From Myxococcota bacterium (GTDB lineage: Bacteria; Myxococcota_C; UBA6777), in assembly GCA_023150835.1 (NCBI GenBank), contig JAKLKB010000112.1:1-59005 (forward strand): 59,005 nucleotides of DNA, written 5' to 3'. A program made the translations under genes and the position numbers. How positions within the stretch are numbered: the first letter of the stretch is position 1; the number at the start of each line of letters is the position of its first letter. The notes beneath the pieces are model-generated. The model saw only the letters and a list, made by a program, of their open reading frames with translations. It was not told the origin of the DNA and did no database searches. Positions 18,634-28,643 of this stretch are shown here, one piece after another.

Positions 18634-20472
18634 ATGTGGTGGGTGATGCGTTTGTTGTTTTGTGGGGGGATGTTGTTCGGCTTGTGGGCCGCGTCTTCGT
18701 GCCAAACCGATCTGCCTTGCTCTGCAAAAGATTGCTTGCCTCCGCGTGCCTGTTCGGATGGTTTGTGTGTTTGTGCCGCCCCGTTGGTGGAGTGTGCGCA
18801 GGGGTGTTTTGAGCTACAAAGCGATCCGCGCCATTGTGGGCGTTGCGAGGGGGCTTGTAAGCCCGAGGAACGTTGTGAACAAGGCAGGTGCCTTGCCGTT
18901 TGTCCGCCAACACAGGCTTTTTGTGAGGGGCGGTGCGTCTCGCCAAGCCAAGATCCCCTTCATTGCGGGGCTTGCGGTCGCTCTTGTTTGGCGGGTGGGA
19001 AGTGTGAGCAAGGGACGTGTCGTTGTGCGCCGCCGTTTTTGGAGTGCGAGGGGGCTTGTATCGATCCTCGGGCAGATGGTCGTCATTGCGGGGGGTGCGG
19101 TCAGCCTTGTCCTGCGGGGCAAGTTTGTGTGGAGGGCGGTTGTGTGGCCTCATGTCCTGCGGGGACGCCTGCCGTTTGTTTGGGCGGTTGCATCGCGTTT
19201 GAGCGCGATCTGCTGCATTGTGGAGCCTGTGGTCGTGCTTGTAAGGTGGGCTTGTTTTGCGTTAACGGACAATGCGGTTGTGTCGGTCAATCGGTGCTTT
19301 GCGCAGATCGTTGTGTGGATGCAAACACCGATCGCCAACATTGCGGAGGGTGCGGAAAAGCCTGTGTTTCGGGCGAAGTTTGTGTCGAGGGGCAGTGTCA
19401 AGTGTCTTGTCCTGCGGTGACGCCGACGGTGTGTTTTGGCGGATGTGTGGATGTTAACAAAAACCCCGAACATTGCGGTCGTTGCGGCAATGCCTGTCAA
19501 AAAGACGAACGCTGCGAAGCAGGGGCGTGCATCAAGGCTTGTTCGGCGCAGGCCCCCGATGTGTGCGATGGACAGTGTGTAGATATCCAAGGAGATGTGC
19601 GCCATTGTGGCGGTTGTGGCAAGGCTTGCGCAAGCGATGCGCTGTGCTTGCAAGGGCTTTGCGTGGTTCCCGATATCACGTCCGAAGCGAGCCTCTCGGC
19701 GGGTCGATTCACGATGGGATCGCCTCCTTTGGAAAAGGGCCGCCAAAAGGACGAAAACCAACACGATGTGCGTTTGACAAGAGCTTTTTTGATTCGACGT
19801 TATGAAGTGACACAAAAAGAATTCAAGCAACGCATGGGCTACAACCCCTCGTTTTTTGCGGATTGTGGGGAGATCTGCCCAGTCGAAAATGTCAATTGGC
19901 ACGAGGCTCTTGCGTTTGCGAACGCGCTTTCTCGGGAGAAGGGACTTGAAGAGTGTTTTTTTTGTGCGGGGGTGGGGGCGGCGGTGTCTTGTACGATCAA
20001 GCCCGCGTATGCGGGGAATAACTACTACGCTTGTGTGGGCTATCGTTTGCCGACCGAGGCCGAGTGGGAATATGCCTATCGTGCAGGGACGTATACGGCA
20101 TTTTACAACGGGGATATCACCCTAACGACCTGCGACTCCCCCGATCCCAACGTAGAGCAGATCGGGTGGTATTGTGGGAACTCACCTCGCAAAGAAACCT
20201 CGCGTGTTGGGCGTAAAAAGCCCAATACATGGGGGCTGTACGATATGGCAGGAAACGTGTGGGAGTGGTGCTACGATGCGTATGCTCTGTATCCATCGCA
20301 AGCTACGGTCGATCCTGTGCAATTGAAGCCCGCCCAAGGCGATTATATGGTCTTTCGAGGTGGCGGATTTTGGGCGGAGTCGCGGATGTTGCGTGCTGCG
20401 ACACGCGCAGGGATGCGGATCAATAGCCGTGGATCAGGCGTTGGCTTTCGGGTTGTGAGGACAATGCGCTAA
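18634..20472 (+). CDS. Cys-rich repeat lipoprotein with C-terminal formylglycine-generating-enzyme-like (SUMF1/FGE) domain
   Basis: Lipobox ASSC; seven 'D(P/x)xHCGxCxxxC' repeats; FTMGSP, YEVTQ, PVENVNW, YRLPTEAEWEYA, PNTWGLYDMAGNVWEW, RGG, GFR. Confidence 0.92.
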   Translation: MWWVMRLLFCGGMLFGLWAASSCQTDLPCSAKDCLPPRACSDGLCVCAAPLVECAQGCFELQSDPRHCGRCEGACKPEERCEQGRCLAVCPPTQAFCEGRCVSPSQDPLHCGACGRSCLAGGKCEQGTCRCAPPFLECEGACIDPRADGRHCGGCGQPCPAGQVCVEGGCVASCPAGTPAVCLGGCIAFERDLLHCGACGRACKVGLFCVNGQCGCVGQSVLCADRCVDANTDRQHCGGCGKACVSGEVCVEGQCQVSCPAVTPTVCFGGCVDVNKNPEHCGRCGNACQKDERCEAGACIKACSAQAPDVCDGQCVDIQGDVRHCGGCGKACASDALCLQGLCVVPDITSEASLSAGRFTMGSPPLEKGRQKDENQHDVRLTRAFLIRRYEVTQKEFKQRMGYNPSFFADCGEICPVENVNWHEALAFANALSREKGLEECFFCAGVGAAVSCTIKPAYAGNNYYACVGYRLPTEAEWEYAYRAGTYTAFYNGDITLTTCDSPDPNVEQIGWYCGNSPRKETSRVGRKKPNTWGLYDMAGNVWEWCYDAYALYPSQATVDPVQLKPAQGDYMVFRGGGFWAESRMLRAATRAGMRINSRGSGVGFRVVRTMR

Positions 20473-20494
20473 GACGAGAGCCGCCCGTTGAGTT

Positions 20495-20556
20495 ATCGTA
20501 AAGGTGTAGGGGCAGACAGTTGTGGCTGCCCAAGGATAGGGCGTCTACGCACTCTC
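20495..20556 (+). repeat. Family A REP/MITE partial copy between convergent genes
   Basis: GTAGGGGCAGACAGTTGTGGCTGCCC..ATAGGGCGTCTACGCAC. Confidence 0.8.
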
Positions 20557-20584
20557 CTTTGTGTACACCACTTGAGCATCGTAT

Positions 20585-21832
20585 TCAGGGGAGACGGCGT
20601 GAGAGGAAAAAAGCGCAGAGGGTGAGAGCAAGAGAAAGCGCAAACAGCGATGGATAGGAGAGAAACAGCAGCAAGAAACCTGCGAGCAAGGGTGACAACT
20701 GGCCGAAGGCGGTGGCAAGATTCGCAAGGCCGATGTAGAGGGGGCGTTGGTTGTCGGGAGCGTGATCGATCACCCATCCAAAGAAGCCAAGGCTCCAAGT
20801 GCAACGCTCACTACCGCGCAAGAAGGTGGCGAAAGAAAGCAGCGTGAGTGCGTAAGGCATGGGAGAAAATGTCGCTGCGATGGCGCACAGCAGATGCAGG
20901 GAAAGAAAAGTCAGCCCAGCCCAGATGCCAAAACGTTGACGCCAACGTTCGATGAGTGGGGTCAAGGTCAGCGCGGCGAAGACACGTCCAGCGATCAAGA
21001 GCAAAACAAATTGGCCCAAGATATCGGAAGAAGGCAGACGAAGAACTTTGAGCGCGTATACGGTGTAAAAGATGGACGCGCCGTTGGCGATATCAAAGAG
21101 CAAACGCACCACGAGAAAACGCCCGAAGGGTGGGTCTTTTTGGATGATCTGCAACAGATAGCGCGGATATTCCTTGAGGGGAGGAAGTTGGAGCGGATGT
21201 TGGGGGGGGCGTTCTTGTACTTGGATCAAGGAGAGCCACCCCGCGATCATCAGCAAGCCCGATATCGCGAAGAGAAGGGCAAAGTTGTAAGGGAAGGTGT
21301 ATCGAGACAGCACGAAAGGGACGATGGTGAGGGCCGCGATCGCGATAAAGGGTCCTTGGAGGACTTGGGCGTAGCCGAGGACGCGGGAGCGGGAGCGGGC
21401 TTGAAGGCTACTGCCGAGCAGATCGGACCATGCGGTAGCGACGACGCCTTCGATCATCCGAGCGATCATGCAGGTGATCAAAAAGCTCCAAAGCAAAAGC
21501 TGCGGATGATTCGGACCGATCCACACGATCAGGGCTGCAAGAGAGAAAAACAGCAAGCGCGCAAGGAGTCCGGGCCAGAGCACCCAAGGCTTGCGGGTTT
21601 GGGAGCGCGAGATCGGTCGTGCTGCCAATAGCTGAGGAGCCAGCCAAAGAGTGTAAAAGGCCGCGCTTGCGAGGCCGATCAGCCACGTTTCTTGGGTGAG
21701 GTGGCCGACAAAAGCAGGGATGGTGGTGCTTGGATCGATGATCGAAAGGGCCGTTCCGAAAAAGAACACATCAAAAAACAGCGCGTAAAAGTTTCGTTTT
21801 TCGTTGGACGGGGGAGAGTGTGGCGTTGTCAA
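20585..21832 (-). CDS. MFS transporter
   Basis: TTG after AAGGA; about 12 hydrophobic segments in two halves. Confidence 0.85.
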   Translation of the reverse strand: MTTPHSPPSNEKRNFYALFFDVFFFGTALSIIDPSTTIPAFVGHLTQETWLIGLASAAFYTLWLAPQLLAARPISRSQTRKPWVLWPGLLARLLFFSLAALIVWIGPNHPQLLLWSFLITCMIARMIEGVVATAWSDLLGSSLQARSRSRVLGYAQVLQGPFIAIAALTIVPFVLSRYTFPYNFALLFAISGLLMIAGWLSLIQVQERPPQHPLQLPPLKEYPRYLLQIIQKDPPFGRFLVVRLLFDIANGASIFYTVYALKVLRLPSSDILGQFVLLLIAGRVFAALTLTPLIERWRQRFGIWAGLTFLSLHLLCAIAATFSPMPYALTLLSFATFLRGSERCTWSLGFFGWVIDHAPDNQRPLYIGLANLATAFGQLSPLLAGFLLLFLSYPSLFALSLALTLCAFFLSRRLP

Positions 21833-21884
21833 GTAAGGTTCCTTGCGCGGTGGCTGCGCGAAGAAGTCGGTGGGATGGGGAAGA

Positions 21885-23123
21885 TCACTCGTAGCGCAAG
21901 ACGTCTACGGGTTTTTGTCGGGCGGCTTGGACGGCGGGATAGATCGCCGAGAGAAAAGCGATGATCAAGGCACAGACCGCAACAACGGTGACTTCGACAG
22001 GTCGGATCTGGATGGGAAGTCGGGAGATGAAGTAGATCTCGGCATCAAGGCGGATATGAAGGCGTTGGGCAAGCTGACAAAGAAGCAGTCCGAGAAAGAC
22101 ACCCGCAAGAGTCCCAAGCGCACCGATGTACAAGCCGTATGTCATAAAGATCCTCATGATATCTTGGCGGCTTGCGCCCATCGTGCGAAGAATGGCGATA
22201 TCTTTGGACTTTTCGAGAACCATCAGGATCAATGTCCCTGCGATGTTGAGGGAAGCGACAAGGATAATAAAGAGCAGGACGATACTGAGCGCGAACTTGT
22301 TTTGCTCGATGGCTTTGAACAAGTTGCGATTCATATCGCGCCAGTCTTGGAGTCGATAAGGCCATCCCCCCAGTCGTTGCAAGATCCCCGATTTGACAGA
22401 GGCGATCTGTTGGAGATCATGCAACAGGATCTCTAAGCCGCTGACGGAGTTGTTGAGGTTAAAGAAGCTTTGGGCTTGGGAGAGCTCGATCACGCATTGT
22501 TTGCTGTCGTACTGATGGAAGCCAAAGCGAAAGAGGTAAGAGACACGAAAGTTTCGATGGCTAGAGCGCTGTTTGTAGCTAAGCCCAAAAAGGCTGATCG
22601 GCGAGATCACACGGACGATATCGCCTTCGCGGACTTGGAGCTTGTCGGCGAGACTTTTGCCAAGAGCGATGCCGGGAAGCTCGGCAGGATGGGGTGGTTT
22701 GAGGCGCAGAAGACCTTGGTGCTTGCTCAAGCCGTGACGCAAGAGGGTTTCAAGGTGGGCGGGCTTGGAGATATCGATGCCTTTGAGGCCCACTCCGATG
22801 CGCTTTCGTCCAGCGGAGATCATGACTTCGCCAAGGACGATGGGGGAGACGCTACGGATCTCGGGATAGCGCAGGAGTTTTTGTTGAACGCTTTGGTGGT
22901 CACGGAAGTCCACCCCATAACGAAACAAGATGGCGTGGGCGTGGGCTCCGATCGCTTTGGAGATGAGTTCTTGTTGAAAGCCGTTCATGACGGAGAGGAC
23001 GACTGTTAGAGTCGCCACCCCAAGCGTCACGCCAAGGATGCTGATCAACGTGATCAGCGAGATAAAAGAGGTGCGCTGGCGTGACTTGAGGTAGCGCAAG
23101 CCGATCCATGTTTCATAACTCAT
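21885..23123 (-). CDS. lolE: Lipoprotein-releasing ABC transporter permease LolC/E family
   Basis: IGLRYL, GVATL.VVLSVMNGF, MVLEK..DIAILRTMGA, IYPA..AA...PV..LRYE. Confidence 0.93.
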   Translation of the reverse strand: MSYETWIGLRYLKSRQRTSFISLITLISILGVTLGVATLTVVLSVMNGFQQELISKAIGAHAHAILFRYGVDFRDHQSVQQKLLRYPEIRSVSPIVLGEVMISAGRKRIGVGLKGIDISKPAHLETLLRHGLSKHQGLLRLKPPHPAELPGIALGKSLADKLQVREGDIVRVISPISLFGLSYKQRSSHRNFRVSYLFRFGFHQYDSKQCVIELSQAQSFFNLNNSVSGLEILLHDLQQIASVKSGILQRLGGWPYRLQDWRDMNRNLFKAIEQNKFALSIVLLFIILVASLNIAGTLILMVLEKSKDIAILRTMGASRQDIMRIFMTYGLYIGALGTLAGVFLGLLLCQLAQRLHIRLDAEIYFISRLPIQIRPVEVTVVAVCALIIAFLSAIYPAVQAARQKPVDVLRYE

Positions 23124-23236
23124 TGACCAAAAACTCCCGTAAAAGCAAAAGCAGAGCGCAAGAAGCGCACGGCGATCTGTGGTGTGCGCAGGAAAAGAGC
23201 AGCGATACCAAATGCGGTAGGAGCGAAGCAGCCGCT

Positions 23237-23358
23237 AAAAAAGCCGTGTTCGCGCCCCCCAAGCAACGGAGTCGTTGGTTTGAAAACCCACGATCTCTTC
23301 GCCGATACGGGGTCCATAGAGCCGCGCCCTTGGAAGCGGGGTTTGGTACCTCGCCCCA
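23237..23358 (+). repeat. Family B structured repeat (~125 bp)
   Basis: AAAAAGCCGTGTTCGCG...TTTGAAAA...TCTCTTCGCCGATACGGGGTC...CCCTTG..GGGG...CCCCA, shared with the 54103 and 55112 copies. Confidence 0.8.
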
Positions 23359-23391
23359 TCAAAACGAGCAAACTGCGTAGCTCCGATCCGA

Positions 23392-24000
23392 TCAAAAGAA
23401 GACGCCGGGATCACCGACGCCAAGGCGCAAGACTTCGGGGGTTGCGGTGGTCAAGTCGACGATGGTGGACGGATTTTCGGGGAGGATCTCTGCGTCGATC
23501 ACCGCGCCGATCTGTTTTCCGTAAAGGTCTTCGATCTCACGGGGATCGTCGATGTATTGGCCTGAGAGATCGTTGGCGGTGACATTGAGCAGAGGGGTTC
23601 CCATGAGTTCAAGGATGCCGAGGATGACGGGATGATCGGGGATGCGGATGCCGACTTCTTTGCGTTTGCCTTGGAGGTGGCGAGGGACTTCTTTGGTGGC
23701 TTGAAGGATCAGCGTGTAGGGACCGGGCAGGACGCGCTTGGCGACACGGTAAGCGATATCGCCAATGTAGCAATACTGGGAGACCTGTTTAAAGGAGGAC
23801 GCCAAGAGCGCACCCGGCTTGTTTTTGGGGCGGTTGGTGATGCGATAGAGTTTTTCGACGGCCTTTCGTTGGTTCATATCGCATCCAAGGCCGTAACCCG
23901 TATCGGTGGGATAACAAAGGATCTCGCCTTCTTGGAGGATCTCCATAGCGCGTTGAAGTTTTCGGGGTTGGGGGTGATGTTCATTGAGTACGAGCAGCAT
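23392..24000 (-). CDS. Sua5/YciO/YrdC family protein (YciO-like)
   Basis: HPQPR, YPTDTGYGLGC, LPGPYT.IL, GIRIPD, PSTIVDL, R.G.GD. Confidence 0.92.
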   Translation of the reverse strand: MLLVLNEHHPQPRKLQRAMEILQEGEILCYPTDTGYGLGCDMNQRKAVEKLYRITNRPKNKPGALLASSFKQVSQYCYIGDIAYRVAKRVLPGPYTLILQATKEVPRHLQGKRKEVGIRIPDHPVILGILELMGTPLLNVTANDLSGQYIDDPREIEDLYGKQIGAVIDAEILPENPSTIVDLTTATPEVLRLGVGDPGVFF

Positions 24001-24067
24001 GGACTTTCCGTGGGTGTCGAGTGTGGGGCGATGGAGAGAAAGCGATCAAAGCGGGGAGGAAGAAGGG

Positions 24068-24499
24068 CTAAGAAGAGGTGTTTTCTTCGGAAGGATCGTC
24101 CTCTTCGGGGGGGAATCCCAAGAACAAGCCACATTCGGGACATTCGCCTTCGTCGGTGACTTCGGCGATCTCGGTTTGGCATCCCGGGCAGACGACGGTG
24201 TCTTGGGATAGATCTACGATCTGATCGGGGATAGCCTCAAGGCCCGCACTGGCGAGGGTTTCTTGCCAGATCTGTTGAAAGAGTTCCACGACGGCCTCGA
24301 TATCTTCGCGGTATACGCGCAGTTCGAGGGTGGGTGGGCCTTGTGTCGGGATCTCGCCTTCGAGTTCTCCGACGATCACGGCGGGTATCTCGTGTTCTTC
24401 GAGCGTAAGCAAGCGCTCACGGCAGTTTTGAAGGTCACCTAAAAAGACTGTCACCATCTCTTCGATGGGAAAATCAAGGGCCGTTTGTTTGTCTTCCAT
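24068..24499 (-). CDS. Acidic hypothetical protein with C-terminal Zn ribbon
   Basis: CPGC...CPECG; ATG at 24499. Confidence 0.7.
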   Translation of the reverse strand: MEDKQTALDFPIEEMVTVFLGDLQNCRERLLTLEEHEIPAVIVGELEGEIPTQGPPTLELRVYREDIEAVVELFQQIWQETLASAGLEAIPDQIVDLSQDTVVCPGCQTEIAEVTDEGECPECGLFLGFPPEEDDPSEENTSS

Positions 24500-24536
24500 C
24501 TCTTTCTCGTCGCCGTCGGTGGGCGGTTTGCGTGAT

Positions 24537-25052
24537 CTAGGCACGCCGTATTTGGATGGTTTCGAGGATGACAGGGGTTCGGGGTTTGTCACCGGGACCT
24601 GTGGGGGTGGTGGCGATGGCGTCCACGATATTCATCCCATTGACGACTTTGCCAAAGACGGAGTGGCGGTTGTCGAGCCAAGGGGTGGCTTTGTGGGTGA
24701 TAAAGAATTGGCTACCGTTGGTGTTGGGGCCAGAGTTTGCCATGCTCAACACGCCGGGACCATCGTGCTTGAGCGCGGGGTGGAACTCGTCAGCGAACTT
24801 GTAACCGGGGCCACCTGTGCCTGTACCGAGCGGGCAACCGCCTTGGATCATGAAGTCTTTGATGATGCGGTGAAAAGCAAGGCCGTTGTAAAAGGGGCGG
24901 TTGTGTTGGGCTTGTCGGGTCTTGGGGTCAAGCCATTCTTGGCTGCCTGTCGCAAGGCCGACAAAGTTCGCGACGGTGTGTGGGGCTTGTTGCTCAAAGA
25001 GTTCGATGGTGAAGTTGCCCATGCTGGTATAAAAATCTGCATAAAGAGCCAT
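24537..25052 (-). CDS. Cyclophilin-type peptidyl-prolyl isomerase (cytoplasmic)
   Basis: [40 protein letters not shown]. Confidence 0.96.
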   Translation of the reverse strand: MALYADFYTSMGNFTIELFEQQAPHTVANFVGLATGSQEWLDPKTRQAQHNRPFYNGLAFHRIIKDFMIQGGCPLGTGTGGPGYKFADEFHPALKHDGPGVLSMANSGPNTNGSQFFITHKATPWLDNRHSVFGKVVNGMNIVDAIATTPTGPGDKPRTPVILETIQIRRA

Positions 25053-25079
25053 GCGTTTTTCCTTTTTGTGAGGGGGAGA

Positions 25080-25934
25080 TTAGTCGTCTTCGCTCAGTCG
25101 TAGCCAAGAGCGTTTCCATGCCTTGCCAAGCTGGATCTTGACGCGTTTGATCTGGAGCGGTGAGGACGGTTGGCCGCTTGCATCGAGTGGTGCTTCGGCC
25201 ATGGCGTTGATCACGTCCATTCCGTGAACCACTTTGCCAAAGATCGTGTAACCACGGCGCACAACGCGCTCTTTGCAGATCGCGCTTCCGTCGGCAGCGC
25301 TCGGAAACTGCCGTGCGTAGTCTGTGCAATCTTGATCGCTGAGGCAGCGTACAGGGGTCGAAAAGTTTTCGCAATAGCGTCCTTTGATCTCTTTGGGATC
25401 GAGCCAAGGGGTGCTGCGTAGGGTGATGTAAAACTGGCTGCCGTTGGAGTTGGGGCCGATGTTGGAAAAGCCGACCATTCCGACGGTTTGGTGACGGAGT
25501 TGTGGATGAAACTCGTCGTCAGCCGAAAAGCCGGGTCCACCGCGTCCATTGCCAAGTGGGCATCCTCCCTGCACCAAGTAGGTGGGGAGGATACGATGGA
25601 AGGTCAAACCATCGTAGAGGGGGCGTTTGACTTTTTGCTTGGTTTTGGGATCGGTCCATTCACGCGCTCCTGTGGCAAGATCGATAAAGTGTTTGACCGA
25701 TTTGGGGACGTAGCGTTCGAAGAGTTCGATGACGACAGCACCGCGCTCTGTGTGCAAGATCGCCCAAGGTTGTTTGGAAGTATCGCTGTTTGCGGCGTTT
25801 TGAGGAACAAGCAGGAGCCCCACGAGCAGCACCGCAAGGCCCGCGCCCCCACTCGCAAGTCGCAGAAAACGCGTCCATCGGGTGCGTTTGTGTGGAGGGA
25901 AGGCGTGGGGTGGAGAGGACGATCGGGCTTTCAT
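25080..25934 (-). CDS. Exported cyclophilin with 4-Cys insertion
   Basis: N-terminal hydrophobic signal; FHRI..YLVQGG, NGSQFYIT, WLD-[~45-aa insert]-GYTIFGKV. Confidence 0.92.
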   Translation of the reverse strand: MKARSSSPPHAFPPHKRTRWTRFLRLASGGAGLAVLLVGLLLVPQNAANSDTSKQPWAILHTERGAVVIELFERYVPKSVKHFIDLATGAREWTDPKTKQKVKRPLYDGLTFHRILPTYLVQGGCPLGNGRGGPGFSADDEFHPQLRHQTVGMVGFSNIGPNSNGSQFYITLRSTPWLDPKEIKGRYCENFSTPVRCLSDQDCTDYARQFPSAADGSAICKERVVRRGYTIFGKVVHGMDVINAMAEAPLDASGQPSSPLQIKRVKIQLGKAWKRSWLRLSEDD

Positions 25935-26018
25935 CGAAAAATCTCCGCAGCATACAGCCTCTTGGGCTGTGGGTTGGTTCTTTCGGCTTTCGTATTCTTT
26001 CGGCTTTCGTGTTCTTTA

Positions 26019-26876
26019 TTATTTGGTGGGAGGCGTGGTGGGCGGCTTTGGCGGAGTCGTGTTGAGGTGGTTGATATCGAGCCACGCTTTGTCCCATTGG
26101 GCGGCTTTTTTGATCAAGACGCGATTCATGGTGATGGTTTGGGTGGGGCGGGTTTCGTTGTGGGGGGCGTTTCCGATGGCGATCACGACGTCTTGACCGT
26201 GAACCACTTGACCAAAGACGCTGTGGCCGCGCTTGACGGTGCGGTCACAGGCGGGTTTTCCGCTGGCGAACTGTGGATAGCGCCGAGCGATAATCTCGCA
26301 TTGGAAGTCGCCTTGGCATCGGACAAAACGGCCCGGGAAGTTGGAGCACACCTTCATCTCGCTACCATCGAGCCAAGGGGTGGCTTTATGAGTGATAAAG
26401 AACTGGCTGCCGTTGGTGTTGGGGCCCGAATTGGCCATGCTCAAGATGCCGGGTTTGTCGTGCTTGAGGTCGGGGTGGAACTCGTCTTCAAAGCGATATC
26501 CCGGGCCGCCTGTGCCGTTTCCAAGCGGACAGCCTGTTTGGATCATAAAACTGGGGATGACGCGGTGAAAGATGCGGCCATCATAGAAGGGGCGGTTGTA
26601 TTGCATCTGGCCGTTGGACGGGTCTTTCCAAGCCTTGTTGCCTGTGGCAAGGCCGACAAAGTTGGCGACTGTTTTGGGGACGCGCTTGGCGAAAAGTTGC
26701 GCGATGATCGTGCCTTTGGAAGTGTAGATCACAGCCCATGTTTTTTCGGCGGTGTCGGTGGTTTCTTTGTTGCCGGGCCAAGGTGTGAAGCCTTGTGCAG
26801 CGGCGTTGGGGAGTGTTGTCGTGTAGGCCAAAAGCAAACCAAGCCAAAGTGACGGATACAGCAGACGTTTCAACAT
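26019..26876 (-). CDS. Exported cyclophilin with 4-Cys insertion
   Basis: Signal peptide; [33 protein letters not shown]-[insert]-GHSVFGQV. Confidence 0.93.
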   Translation of the reverse strand: MLKRLLYPSLWLGLLLAYTTTLPNAAAQGFTPWPGNKETTDTAEKTWAVIYTSKGTIIAQLFAKRVPKTVANFVGLATGNKAWKDPSNGQMQYNRPFYDGRIFHRVIPSFMIQTGCPLGNGTGGPGYRFEDEFHPDLKHDKPGILSMANSGPNTNGSQFFITHKATPWLDGSEMKVCSNFPGRFVRCQGDFQCEIIARRYPQFASGKPACDRTVKRGHSVFGQVVHGQDVVIAIGNAPHNETRPTQTITMNRVLIKKAAQWDKAWLDINHLNTTPPKPPTTPPTK

Positions 26877-27275
26877 ACAGAATCCTTTCTTCTTTGAGTG
26901 TCAGGAGATCGAAAACGCAGACCTCTTGGAAGGGGCGGTGTGTTGGGGAGATCGGTTCGGTGAGAGCGTAAAAAAGCATGGGGCTGCTGCGCCGAGTCCG
27001 TACACACCCGCAAAATGTGGAGCCGTATGTAGCACAAAAGCCGCTGCGATAGCAAGCCTTTCGATCGCCCTCGCGGCGTGGTCTTTTTCGAGGCTTGTTG
27101 CCCCAAGCTACGGCTCGAACGTGGGGTGGTCTGGTGCCTTGCTTGACAGGGGGTTGTGTGTGCTGTTAAGTGCATGGGGATTGCGTGCGTGTTGCAGGGC
27201 TGATGCGTTGCGTGTGGGTCGATTCAGACGGATGTTGTTGAGGTTGGAAAGATGGGAGATCGTTTCGTGCGGATC

Positions 27276-27692
27276 ATGCGTAGTTTGGTGGGTGTGTTGT
27301 TGTTGGGGTGGTTGATCTCGGCTTGTATCACGCGGCCAAGTGTGGATCCATCTTGCAAAGAGCGCGGTGAATTGGAGATCGGTTGGTTGTTTGATGGAAG
27401 CGCCGTCTGCCCAACGACCGAAGGAGCGGTGATCCAAGAAGTCCGCGTCAAGCTGTGGCGGCAAGCCGAAGATGGAACCCGCGAAGCATTGCACCAAGAC
27501 GGGAAAGGCGACGTTTACAAATGCGCGGCGCAAACGGTTGTCTTTCCGAATTCTTTGTGTGGTGTGTATGTGATCCAAGTCTCTGCTGCGCTTGAAAATG
27601 GCCGTGTCGCGTGGAATTCTTCGGAGACAGTCCATCGCATCAAAGGCGGTCTGATCAACTCGGTGCGTGTGGGGATGCGCCCTGTCAACTAA
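27276..27692 (+). CDS. Hypothetical lipoprotein
   Basis: Lipobox ISAC; first gene of the murI-ftsEX operon. Confidence 0.75.
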   Translation: MRSLVGVLLLGWLISACITRPSVDPSCKERGELEIGWLFDGSAVCPTTEGAVIQEVRVKLWRQAEDGTREALHQDGKGDVYKCAAQTVVFPNSLCGVYVIQVSAALENGRVAWNSSETVHRIKGGLINSVRVGMRPVN

Positions 27693-27725
27693 AGCGGTCG
27701 CAATAAATCATGCGTAGGATACGGA

Positions 27726-28643
27726 ATGATCGGGGTATTTGACTCGGGAGTTGGCGGATTGACGGTCGTGCGTGCGATGCGCGAACTCTTGCCATCCGAG
27801 ACGATCCTGTATCTGGGGGACACCGCACGCGTTCCGTATGGCAACAAAAGCCCTGAAACGGTGAGGCGTTATGCACGCGAAGCCTTGGCTTTTTTGCAAG
27901 CGGCGGCACACGAGCTGATGTTGCGTGCGCGCAAACTCGAAGCATGGCAGCCTCTGCATACCAAGCCCGATTCTCCGGCCTTTCCATCTGTCGAAGGGCG
28001 GCTGAAGTTGGTTGTTGTGGCGTGCAATACCGTTTCTGCGGTGGCTTTGCCCGATCTGCGCGTCCGAAGCGAAGTGCCTGTGGTGGGGGTGATCCGCCCT
28101 GCCGTCAAGCGTGCGGTTCAAGTGACACGCAGCCAAGAAGTCGCGATCTGGGGAACGGAGGGAACCATCCGCAGTCTGGCCTACCAACAGGTGCTTGCGG
28201 AAGTGGCCCCTCAGATCCGCAGCCTCGGTTTGCCGTGTCCTTTGTTGGTGCCTTTGGTCGAAGAGGGCTGGTTACAACATCCCGTCACAGATTCTGTCTT
28301 GCAGATCTATCTTTCACAGCTTCCTTCGTCGACATGGGACACCTTGATCCTTGGCTGTACCCACTACCCTCTTTTGCGACCTGCGCTGTCTGCTTTGTTG
28401 CCTTCGTCTTGTGCGCTGGTGGACTCCTCTCAAACAACTGCCGAAGAAGTACTGACGTTGTTGCAAAAGCGCGGATGGCTGGCTCCTACACACGCCAAGG
28501 GAGATCTGTTGTGTTTTGTGACGGATTCCGCAGCGCGTTTTCGCCGCGTTGCCGCGCAGTTTTTGGGAGAAGAACCCCAAAGCGTCGATCAGATCGAGAT
28601 GACAGCTTTTCAACACTTGATCCCCGGAGGGGGTTTGCGATGA
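27726..28643 (+). CDS. murI: Glutamate racemase
   Basis: IGVFDSGVGGLTV, GDTARVPYG.KS, VACNT, ILGCTHYP. Confidence 0.97.
   Translation: MIGVFDSGVGGLTVVRAMRELLPSETILYLGDTARVPYGNKSPETVRRYAREALAFLQAAAHELMLRARKLEAWQPLHTKPDSPAFPSVEGRLKLVVVACNTVSAVALPDLRVRSEVPVVGVIRPAVKRAVQVTRSQEVAIWGTEGTIRSLAYQQVLAEVAPQIRSLGLPCPLLVPLVEEGWLQHPVTDSVLQIYLSQLPSSTWDTLILGCTHYPLLRPALSALLPSSCALVDSSQTTAEEVLTLLQKRGWLAPTHAKGDLLCFVTDSAARFRRVAAQFLGEEPQSVDQIEMTAFQHLIPGGGLR

Noticed and set aside
25488-26852. 454-aa plus-strand ORF
   Set aside because: Antisense shadow of the cyclophilin genes
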